A program made the position numbers and the translations under genes. DNA of 64,000 nt from Rhynchobatus australiae (Eukaryota), in assembly GCA_034780895.1 (NCBI GenBank), contig JAUZTB010000135.1, positions 6,852,038-6,916,037 of the forward strand, written 5' to 3'. Shown here one piece after another: positions 24,074 through 35,285 of this stretch; the first letter of the stretch is position 1, and each line of letters opens with the position of its first letter. Below the pieces are notes generated by a model, which saw nothing but the letters and a program-made list of their open reading frames with translations, ran no database searches and had not been told where the DNA came from.

Positions 24074-24275
24074 TTAGGGCCTTGGCAGCTGAAGACACGA
24101 TGGCCACTCTCTGGAATCCTCTTCCTGAACTTTGCTGTCTTTTTATCTCCTTTTCCTCCTTTTAGGCTCTCCTTAAAGCCTACCTCTCTGACTGTCTTCC
24201 CTGGTATCTTTTAGTAGCTCATGGTCAAATCCTCATTTGATAAAACTCCTGTGAAGTGCATTGGGTTGTTTTGCT
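24074..24275 (+). mobile_element. L2 3' end with 5' inversion
   Basis: CTCTGGAATCCTCTTCCTGAAC...CTCCTTAAAGCCTACCTCTCTGAC...CTCCTGTGAAGTGCATTGGG; first ~32 bp inverted relative to the copy at 1240. Confidence 0.7.
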
Positions 24276-27200
24276 CTGTCAGTGGAGCAGATTTTGCTTC
24301 AGCCGGTTATAATGAACATTTTTATGCCAACTCAATTTGTGCCTCACACACAGTGGCCATAAGGTTGAAGTCCCACCTATCTCTCCGATAGCAATATTAA
24401 CAGAAGAGTACTGGACCAAAGTGAACAAAATCAGCAGAAAGCAGTGTTGCTGAATGTTCAGATAATTTTTCAAAGACTTCCTCCCTATTTAATACTTAAT
24501 TGTAAAACTGTGCCAGAATCTGTTGAGTTCAGTAAGCCAGTTCACAGCAGTGGCAGGATTTCTAGAAGCTTTAAAAAGTAATTTCCTCTTGTTAACCTTC
24601 AAGAAACATTTTTTCCACAGTGAGGTAAAATTAACTGAGGAATGTTCAAAACTAAATTCCTGCTTGCAAGCAGCCAGTAACTTAATGACGGGTAATCGTG
24701 AGGTGTGAACAGCCACTTGAACTGCTCAGTATAATTGGCCCACTTTATATGGTTTAAGGCATCTTTGTAATTGATGCTTATGGTAATACCAAATGGTCAG
24801 CACCATTGGTTCAAGCAAGTAGCTAGAAAGTTTAAAGTGCTGAGGATTGTATATTCATCAATGCACCATCTCCCACACGCAGCGCAGTTAATTTTTAAGT
24901 GGAATCCAATTATTTAATTGTCGCATTGAAATCTGCAAAGAATCACTTTGACAATTTATTGAAAAGGAGTATTTACTGCATTCTTCAGAGGAATTGCATG
25001 TCCTTCATGTAATTGTACNNNNNNNNNNNTAACTTAATTTAATAAGGCACTTTATATCTGCTTCCAGAAAATACTTATTCTTTAATTTTAAATTATCTGG
25101 AGCACATCAAAATCAGCAAAAAAACTTAATTGCTCAGACATTTAATTTTAAAAGGGATGCTAATTTTAGCAAAGAAAAGACACTATTCTTCATTAAAATT
25201 ATTTAATATTTACACAGCGGCGGGCCTCAATGAGGTCAGGTCCTTTATTTTTCTAAATAAAGTTTTTATAGCATTACATTTCAGTTGCACATATCATTTG
25301 TTAACAAGTTGATTTGTAGTCATTAATGCTTTTCTACTTTGTGATCAAAATGTAGATAAAATCGTTTTATATTTCAAGCTGATCAACAATTCAGAACTAG
25401 CATCTGAACTAGAGCAAAGTTCAGATTTATGAAGAGAATAAGCTTGTGTAATTTTCTGTATCATCAGTGGANNNNNNNNNNGGTCCAGTGCAGAAAACTA
25501 AACAACAGCAGTGTGGGAGGGTTATCAGCTAGTTAGACGCTCTCATTTATTGGCAAAAGACTGCAGTTAAGCAGAATTTTCCCATGCCGGAGTCTTGAGC
25601 TGGATGTGCAGGAGTTCTCTTGGTAAATTTATGAAGTGTGCGGCAGTAAATTACCAGAGAACCAGCAATTGGAGAAGGTCATTAATTGTCGGTTTAGTGT
25701 CCTTATCCTTGAAACTGATTGAAAACAAGTTTAAAATATAGTTTTATTGATAGCAAGACTTGGTGCTGCTTTTTATTTTGCTGAGTTATTTAATTACAGA
25801 TTGAACCATTAAGAGAGAAATAATATGGACATTTTTTTTCTTGGGTCAGTGGAAATGGTTGTAATGTGGCAATGCTGATCCTCCATTTGGTGGGAATGTC
25901 TATTAATGTGCAGTATGTTTTTTTAAAAACAGTAGTCTGGAGAAATTTCTGTGTAACCTTAACTAGAAATTATTATTGAAACAAAATTTATCATTTTCTC
26001 TCCCTGTATGTTCTAACAAAATTTACACATTGTCCATATCAACATTTATTGTATTTTTGGTCTTACATTAACTATGAGAAGATATAGAATTGTACAGTTG
26101 CCATTAGAAGTGTACTCTGTCAGGCAATCCTGATATCTGAATTAATTTTTCAGGAAGATACCGTGCTTAAGTACAGCTCCTCTGACTTAAGGTGGATATA
26201 AAGGTGACAGCTGGCCTCAGGGTGCTGAGGTTGGAAAGATAACAGTTGTTTAGATTGCAGAATCCGGTTTATTATCACTGTCATACCGTATGTCGTGAAA
26301 TTTGNNNNNNNNNNNNNNNNNNNNNNNNNNNNNNNNNNNNNNNNNNNNNNNNNNNNNNNNNNNNNNNNNNNNNNNNNNNNNNNNNNNNNNNNNNNNNNNN
26401 NNNNNNNNNNNNNNNNNNNNNNNNNNNNNNNNNNNNNNNNNNNNNNNNNNNNNNNNNNNNNNNNNNNNNNNNNNNNNNNNNNNNNNNNNNNNNNNNNNNN
26501 NNNNNNNNNNNNNNNNNNNNNNNNNNNNNNNNNNNNNNNNNNNNNNNNNNNNNNNNNNNNNNNNNNNNNNNNNNNNNNNNNNNNNNNNNNNNNNNNNNNN
26601 NNNNNNNNNNNNNNNNNNNNNNNNNNNNNNNNNNNTTCTTGAGTCTCTTACTAAATTGGGATGGCATCAAAGGTGGGTTTAATTTAGCATGATGCAATAT
26701 AAATGCACCATCTTTTGTGTTAAGTTACTGCTTGAATAGCCATCATTTTAATTTATATTGATTTATTGTAGTTGTGATTAACCCTTCATAAATATTCTTG
26801 AATTGCAATCTTGTGAAATAATTCATGTGATTTCAAAAACATTGTGTTTAAAAAAAAGGCAGAATACTTTTCCTGATTGCAATCAAATTTGGGGCACAGA
26901 GCCAGGAACATAAAAAGTGAGTTGTCCTTCTGGATTTGTATAGTTGTAGCTTAATTTTGTATGTTTCCATGATACACTGTGAAATGAGATCAGATTTATA
27001 TCTGTGCAAAGACTCCTGTGTAAGCAAGTCTAAAGATCATCATTTTGTCAAACCTTACCTATTATTGCCCCATAAAACTTTTAATTGCACATCCAAAGAT
27101 CAGTGCACAATATAGGACTTCAAATTTTTAAATGTTCACATGATAAACCTTTATGGCTTTGGAATGCATTATTTCCAGGAAAATAATTTTGTTGAATAGA

Positions 27201-27659
27201 CTNNNNNNNNNNAAAGGAAACAGACCAATGGATCTTTAGCTAGGTTTCTCCTTCCATAATTGATCACTGAAACTTATCTGTTTATCCTTCTGTATTTAAC
27301 CTGCCTTCATCGTCATGTGGTCACTGTATTAAAATCCAACAATTTCTGTTTATATAATGCCTTCAACCTAGGTAAAAACCTTATAAGGTAAGAGGTAAGA
27401 AATTGGATACTGATCCTAACAAATGATTGGACTGGTAACCAAAGAGGTAGATTTCAGGCAGTGACTAAAAGAATGAGGGAGAGATAAGATGCTAAAGAGT
27501 TTTGAGTGGGAATTTCAGACCAAATACAAGTTATATGACATGGCCACCTTGTTTTCCTTTAGCTGCATGTTCAACATCAGCAAGTTAATTTTATTGGGCC
27601 ACAGCTCTGTTTCCAGCCCAGACCTACTGACCTTTATGCAGCTGTTTCATGAGAAGACG

Positions 27660-27905
27660 ACAACAAGAATCAGGAGTAGGCCAAGTGGCCTCTTAAGCCC
27701 GCTTCCCCATTGAATAAGATCATAGCTGATCTAGTGTTTGGCTTGAACAATTTCCTAGCCGATCCCCTTAATGCTTAATTCTTCACTGCTCTGGAAATCT
27801 ATATTTTAGCCTTCAGCATCCATAGCCCTCTGGGGTTGAGAATACCAAGGATTTACTGAGGGAATTAATTCTTCTTCATCTCAGCATTTAGTGGTCAACC
27901 TTTAA
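27660..27905 (-). mobile_element. Old CR1 3' tail
   Basis: AGAATCAGGAGTAGGCC...CCATTGAATAAGATCATAGCTGATCT...CATCCATAGCCCTCTGGGGTTGAGAATACCAAGGATT. Confidence 0.7.
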
Positions 27906-29264
27906 TCTGTTTTCTGTGCTTATGGCACAGGGAAATGTGCTCCCGTGGCCTTCTTGGGTATAGAATTGCAAAGTGTTTAGAGAAGCAAAAAAAATCAGGT
28001 GGATGTAAAAGTAGTGAAACTGAAGTTTAATAGGGGTGAATTTTAAGCTTGATTTGTTTTCTGACTGTTCTTTCCTTGCGACTAAATTAAAATGGCCAGG
28101 CACTAATATGACAAATGATTCTTCTGGGCAATTTGTCTTGTAACTTGATTCATTGTGTCATTCAGATGTGTTGTTGTTTGACTCAATCTTTTTTTTTGTG
28201 GGGATAGATTCCAACCGTCCACATGATACTAAAACTGTAAAAGTCATGTAAACAGTTCTTTAATTGTGCTGTGCCAGTAGTATTCGGATAGATGGTTGAC
28301 TTATTCAATAAGTNNNNNNNNNNNNNNNNNNNNNNNNNNNNNNNTGATTAATTAGAAGTTGCAGCTTTTTGACCAGAACATGCAGTCGTGCAGGACATGT
28401 ATTTAGCATTATAAAACGATGACTGATTTGCACATTAAATTCTGGAAGTGTAGTTCAAAATTTAATAAGAATTCACATTGTTTTCTACCTTAAGTGCTGA
28501 AAACAAAGACTATTCTAATTATCTTTTATTCAAAGCTGTATTCATTGATATTTATGCCCCATTTACTCATTCTACTGATGTCATTCTCCTTCCTCCCCCC
28601 ACCCTCCACAACCGCTCTGTACACATTCTTATCTTAGAGGTCTCCTTCAGGTCAGGGAGAGCTGTTTCTTTCCTTCTCTGAATGTTCTTGACCTTTTAGA
28701 AACCCCGTAACTCTGCTTGCCTTTGTGTTGGTTTAAAGAGTGAAGTGATTTTACCCAAATTCTCAGCACTGTTCTGCATTTCTCCAAGAGGTTCGTCTCT
28801 TTTCCCATGAATTTCCAAGAACTATCATGTTCTCAGTGCCAATTAACAATCTCGATTGACCTCATTTGTGGAGAAGTGTTGCAGGACTCATGCTAAGACA
28901 GCAACATTCCTTTTCCAGATAGCAACGCAGTAAACTGTTGAGTGGGTGTCTTTTGAAACACATAATGTTATTACTAGCTATGGTCCTTTGGAGAATTATT
29001 TTCAGCATGCTTTTCAAAAGTAAATTTTGTCCTTTTTTATGGCAATCACATTGTACAGTGATCAAACTTCTTTAATAACCTACATAATTTTTGGTTGATT
29101 AAATTAATGGAACATGCCAAGATAAATGATCTGGTTGGAAGTGATGGCTTTATGACTTATTGCNNNNNNNNNNNNNNNNNNNNNNNNNNNNNNNNNNNNN
29201 NNNNNNNNNNNNNNNNNNNNNNNNNNNNNNNNNNNNNNNNNNNNNNNNNNNNNNNNNNNNNNNG

Positions 29265-29604
29265 AGATAAAAGAAAAAAAATGGTAGAAATAAGAGGCTA
29301 GGAAAGGGAAGAAGAGAAGATGCATGGTGGGGGTGGGTGGGGAGTGCGGTTTGTGGGGAAGGGGGCGGGGAGAGAATTCAATATTCATGCTATTAGGCTG
29401 CAAGGTTCCAAGACAGAAAATGAGGTGCCATTCCTCAAGTTTCTGCTTGGAATTCTCCTGGCAGTGGAGGAGGCTGAGGACTGTCATTATCAGTGATAGT
29501 GTGGGAGGGTTGGAGTTGAAGTGACTGGCAACAGGGAGATGCAGATCGCGGTCTCGGACAGAGCTCAGGTGTTCAGCGAAACGGTCACCTAGTCTGCGTT
29601 TCAC
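29265..29604 (-). mobile_element. Penelope-like element, GIY-YIG endonuclease C-terminal fragment plus 3' UTR
   Basis: KRRLGDRFAEHLSSVRDRDLHLPVASHFNS...LLHCQENSKQKLEEWHLIFCLGTLQPNSMNIEFS has the R, H, H, E and N residues of the PLE GIY-YIG domain. Confidence 0.92.
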
Positions 29605-32600
29605 TGTGGTTAGCTACCTGGTTACAGGTTATAGGTTTATCTTGAATAATTGTATTCAAACACTACCGCATGGTATTCTCTGATCTCCAGCCACTGCTCC
29701 GACAGCCTTTGACAGCTCAGAGTTATTTAAAAAGTTAATGTGGAACCAAATAATTAAAAAAAATAAATAACTAAAAATATGATAAACTTGGTCTCAAGAA
29801 TTAATCAAAATATATTATACAGTGAAATAAAGAAAAATAAATAAAATATCTGAACTCAAATTTACCTTTGCAAAGATGTTTTGTAGGTCCATTCAAGTTA
29901 ATGTATTTGTCACCTGTACACAAACTAAGGCTGGCATAAAGTGGATGGGTCACTTGCACTTTGTATCTCGTCACTCAGCTCAGCATAATCTGGAACTTTT
30001 GTTGGACTCAGCTGTTCAATCTGAGGGGATCAGCGATACTGCTGTTAGATCTCCAGCACATTTCCATGGATGTGGCTAGCAAAGTGCATAGACGTGGCTA
30101 ACAAAGCTGCATTGAACATTGCTGCTCACTTCAAGATTTGATCCAGCCCATGGTTTTGTAATAACCTTTTTTGTAATTTATACCATGTTTATGAACAAGG
30201 CCATTGAGATGGATTTGGTACGTAACAGATATAAAATTCAAAACAGAATGCATATGCCAGATAATGCAGAATCCATTAATACTCTTTTATTGTACCATTT
30301 GCAGCTTTATATAGTAGTTTAAAATTGTTGCCCTACCTTGTGAATGTATTGTCACTGAGGTAATTTAGTGCTACAAAGCTCTAGTTAGATCTGAAGTTCT
30401 TTACATGGGACAGTAAAATTTTATTGGAATCCCTAAATTTACTAAAAATGAAAACAAATCAATCTTATGAGTCCTAGCAGACAAAAAATTAAACTTTACA
30501 ATGCAATATTTAAAGATTTATGACGTCTGTCTGCTTTTTATTCCACTTTGCTAAAAAAATAGTTACCTCACACTCTCTGTCCCTCCTGCAGATTGTATTG
30601 GTATCTTACTTTTCCCCTATTGTCCAGGTCAGATATTTACCTAAACCTTGTCTGTCTAAAAAAGATGGCTCTTTTTATTTTACAAACTTGTAAATTCAGT
30701 CCTTTTCATTAGAAATGTTCAGTTGCATGTTAAGAAGTTATTTTTGCAAACTATTTTCCCTCCAGTGGCCCAACATTTTTGACACATTTCTACTCATTTA
30801 AGAAATGATTTACTTTTAAACTGTCTGCCAGCATTTCAAGTACCATTAACTTAGATTGACTAAATGTACAAGTTTTGTTTTCATAATATTCATAGTTAGT
30901 TAGTGGGACATATACGGAAAATTTGGACTAATCCAAGGTGTTCTTTTTCTTCATTTTGGTTTCTATTCTTTTTCAATGACATTTTCTTATAGACCAAACA
31001 AATCTCTTAAAATATGAACTCTTTCATTTTAAGCATTGGCATATATTAACATTAAATGATAATTAAATGGACTACGCTGTAATGTTTTGTTAATCACATT
31101 CAGATAGTGTAACCTGACTGTTTCAAACTCCTTATGCCCGATGGATTTCTTTCTCATAACTGTACCTTAATCTAGCACATTATGCATTCCAATAGACTTC
31201 ACTTTCAGCTGTCTATAGTATACTATATTACTATGTTGTTCATGGTTATTATTTTGAAATGAGGATTTCCTCGGCTCCCATCCACTCTCTATCCCCAGCC
31301 CTCACTAATCGCCCCACCCACCTCACCTTAACATCCCTTTCCATTTACCATATTTCCCTTCCCAATCTCCCCTTGGATGCCCACTCATTCCCTGTACTCC
31401 ATCTAATTCTTCACTCTCCCTATTTGGGTTGGGGACAGGGTTGTATTCCAGATGTGTAAAAAGACACTGTCACCACACCATCCAACAGCTAGACTATTCC
31501 AGTTGTACAGTGAGGAATCATTTGATTTCTTGAGCATGTGTTGTAGCTGCGATTGTTAGTTTTCTCTCTTGGGAAGAATTCACATTAATTAAGCTCTTTT
31601 CCATTAATGCTCTCTGTAAAGAAGATCCTTGTTCTAGAAAGCACTGAGCAATGAAATAACATGGCAATGTAAAATATCGAAGTTCCAAAATGGAAACTTT
31701 GACTAACTAACACCTCTTATAGAATGCAACAGTTTTGCTTGGATTCTGTAACCAGTTTTACAGCAGTTGTAAATGGTAGAAATTTTTGGCTTCTTGATTA
31801 TGACTGTTCATTTTATTGATAACATTCTTACGTTACGTATTGAACTTATATAGAAACATTGTGGAGTATACTTCATATGCTAAACACTCTGATTTCATGT
31901 TACAAACTGAAAAATAGACATGACAATATATCTGCTGAAAAAAAATAACATTGGTCCTTTCTGAATATGAATTATCTGTCCTTGATTCAAGGCCATTTGA
32001 TTATTTGTTCCTGTACTTTCTGATGTGCTACACACATATATCATTAAGGGCATTAATTTATAAAATTCCTGCAAAGTGGATTTATTGAAAGGTATTTTTG
32101 TTTTACTAAACTCTTGTAATTCAAGTTGATTGATACCAATAATTTTATTAGCAATCATTCTTGGTTTCTCAAATGCATAATGTGAGTAAAATACTTAAAG
32201 TTATCAATTTTTGTAATAATATGCGAACTAGAATGCAATTAAGATATTTTATTGCCTTTCTAGTCTGTCTTGCATGTAATGTAACTTGTGGGGTATGACA
32301 GTTTTGAGTACATTAAGTTTTATTTTCATTTTAAGGCGATGCATCTCAATCTTGGTGTGGATCCATTTCTACCGAGCTAACTAATCTGCATTCATCACAT
32401 TCATTTTTGATTGTCTAAGCTGAAATTAATCATAAATTCATGTTGAATCCAGGTTAAATATTACATGAAATTTCAATTCATAACACCACACCCACCCATT
32501 TACAGTTTTTTGTTCTAGAGTGTGTATGTAAAGTAGCTCCACAGTTTTGATGATCATGTATTCTGTGACTTCTCCTCATAAAACTGGCAAAGTCCTTTTA

Positions 32601-32956
32601 GTGTGGAATGTTAATGGAGTGGAGTAATGGGCACAGCTTGCAGTTGTGACAGATCAGATAGGAGTAGGTGCTCAACACTGCAAATCTAGAGACATGAGAT
32701 CCTTATGGGACAGTAGCATTATAGCAGATAAAAGCAGTGGGAAGGCTGTAAAGGCAGCAGCTGACCATGTTCTGTATTAAAAGGGTCAACAAAGTCCATT
32801 GGGAACCTGGTTGCAAGATAGGTAAAAGTGGCAAAGAAATGTTTTGGAATATTTGGATGGCACAGAGTAATTAAAGAAAGCAGGTGGCTGGACTTTATTG
32901 GGATATCAGGAGAGTTGATGTGGATGAGGAGGAAGATAAAATCAAGTTGGTTGAGC

Positions 32957-33158
32957 TGTTACGTACCACCAACAACAGAAACACACCGAGACATGTATAA
33001 GTGTTAAAAACTACTTTATTNNNNNNNNNNNNNNNNNNNNNNNNNNNNNNNNNNNNNNNNNNNNNNNNNNNNNNNNNNNNNNNNNNNNNNNNNNNNNNNN
33101 NNNNNNNNNNNNNNNNNNNNTTAAAGGAACCTCACTAATTGTAACCTAGTAAGTAACA
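32957..33158 (-). mobile_element. Solo LTR (Gypsy-like), 4-bp TSD GAGC
   Basis: TGTTAC...GTAACA termini; GAGC at 32953-32956 and 33159-33162; interior gapped; TTTATT suggests a minus-strand polyA signal. Confidence 0.85.
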
Positions 33159-33325
33159 GAGCTGAAGGTTTAAAGGAAAGGCTATTTACATTTTCAGCAG
33201 ACCAAACTGTTTGAAGAAAATGGAAGTAAACTTACAAAAGAAAGAAAAGAAAGAATTAGAAAAAAATTGGACATTGTTTATTTACAGACTGAAGGAAAGA
33301 AACCGCTGGGAACTTGAAGGAATAG

Positions 33326-33451
33326 AGAAGTAAAGGACCGCAGATGCGGCAATCCAGATGAAAAACACTATGGTGCTGGAGGAACTCAGCAGGCCAGGCA
33401 GCATCCGTGGAGCCTGGCCTGCTGAGTTCCTCCAGCATTGTAGTGCTTTTC
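33326..33451. mobile_element. Penelope-derived hairpin element with 15-bp TSD
   Basis: About 39-bp inverted arms at 33361-33399 and 33412-33450; AACTTGAAGGAATAG at 33311-33325 and 33452-33466. Confidence 0.9.
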
Positions 33452-34954
33452 AACTTGAAGGAATAGTACAATTCAAAGTAATTTTGGATGTGTTGCTTGT
33501 TCTCACCTTCGTGAGATTGGTTATCATCCAATATTATAAACTCTAACTGCAAAGCAATGCAAGACTGTTGCCTCTCAGAGTTGGGTGTGGAATAGACATG
33601 GCCCCTGCCAGGTTGTATTTATTCTGGAGCCAATACTTATTTAATGGCTGTGCTGTGATAAAAGTCAAACTTAGTTTTCAATGGATATTGACTCCTGCCT
33701 ATAACATTAACTAACTTGCCAGAACACCAGGCAAGAATAAAAATTTAAACATTTAAGTTAATATCGGGCTCTTAACTTGTACAATTTTCCCCCTTCCGTA
33801 GGGGATTCTCAGTGTACTGCTGATGTGGGTTCATTGCAAATGTCTTCACACCAACTCCAAAGTTTCAGGATGAATGCACTCAGTGAGTAATGAAAGCAAG
33901 CGAGTGTGAATGACACTTGAAGCTGGAATCTGAGATTCATGCTTCTGTGGGTTGAGAGTTCAACACTGTTGCAATAGATACTGCATACCTCAACCTGATT
34001 AACTTTGGAAAGTCAGAAACAAGGACGTATCCTTAACCACATTTAATTACTGAATTAGATTGACATCCTTTAAGAAAACATAGCTAACTATTCAAACAAA
34101 AGCTTGTATAGGTGTAAAATGAGCATTATTTAGGAATTACAACTCTGTAGGTTGTATGAACTGACTGGTAGGTGGTCAGAAACTACTCATTCTATAAAAT
34201 TTTCTGCACAACCTTTTGGTTCATTGAGCATTAAAGAGTTGCATGAATTGAAAGGGTTATGGCATTATCAAGATTGTGATGACCCAGGGCCTGCAGGCAG
34301 AGTAAGTGTTATTCTGAAAAAAACATCTATCGCAGAGTGGCTGAGTTTATCTGATTAAGGACCAGAAGAAAATCAGATTATTTGTTATTACATGTAATGG
34401 ACCTTCAGGAAAGAAATTGTCTGTGACAAGCATTAAAATTCAAACAGACTTGGTGTTGGCATGTAGTACAGTGGGGTTGAAAAGGTGTGGTGGTTTTGTA
34501 AATTTTTTCAGGAAAGACTTTATGCATTCAGAAACAGTGATGCAAAAGTAGTTGTCAGGTGCTTTTTACAGTCTATCCCTGTGGCCAGGAAAATTGTTAG
34601 CCTCTATTAAGATTCTAATCCATTTGAAATTCCTTCTTGCATTCCCATTGTGCTCTTTTACACTTTGACCGAGACAAGGTCACGGGTACTGAGCAAGTTC
34701 AGCCAGCTCCAGGTGCTGAAAGTAGCTGGAAACTAGATATGATGTTGGGCGTCCAGATAATTCCGTATTGTTAGTAACTAGGCTTATCATTATCATAACG
34801 CCTTTAACTGTTTATCGAGACCTTTGTTTTAGGAATAGTGGATCTTTAGCAGGGAATTTGCTTGCAACCTCCCAGGCAATCAGCAAGCTCACCCTGTGTC
34901 GGGTCTGAAGAAACTAATTCTTAATTGTGTTCGTGCAAAGTTAACCACTTTCAT

Positions 34955-35285
34955 TGCCCATTTTTTATTTTGTCATGGGATGTCAGCATCACTGGTGTCT
35001 CTAATTGGCACCCTCCACCTGCAGAGTAGGGGTCAACCACGTTGGTGAACACAGAGTTGCACTGGCCAGACCCAGTAAAGATGGCACATTTCCTTCCCTA
35101 AAGAACAACAGAAAACCATATGAGTTTTCATGACAATTCAGTGTTTTCATGGTTGTTATTATTAGCTTTTTATTCCAGCTTTATTTTATTACTTGAATTT
35201 ACATTCCCTAGTTGCCCTGGTGGAATTTGAACTCCTGTTTCTGGATTAATGGCACAGTTTCCTAAACTAACATGCCACTTTACCA
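34955..35285 (-). mobile_element. Old L2-tailed SINE
   Basis: CATGGGATGTCAGCATCACTGG...GGCCAGACCCAGTAAAGATGGCACATTTCCTTCCCTAAAG...TTTTTATTCCAG...GGAATTTGAACTC. Confidence 0.7.
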
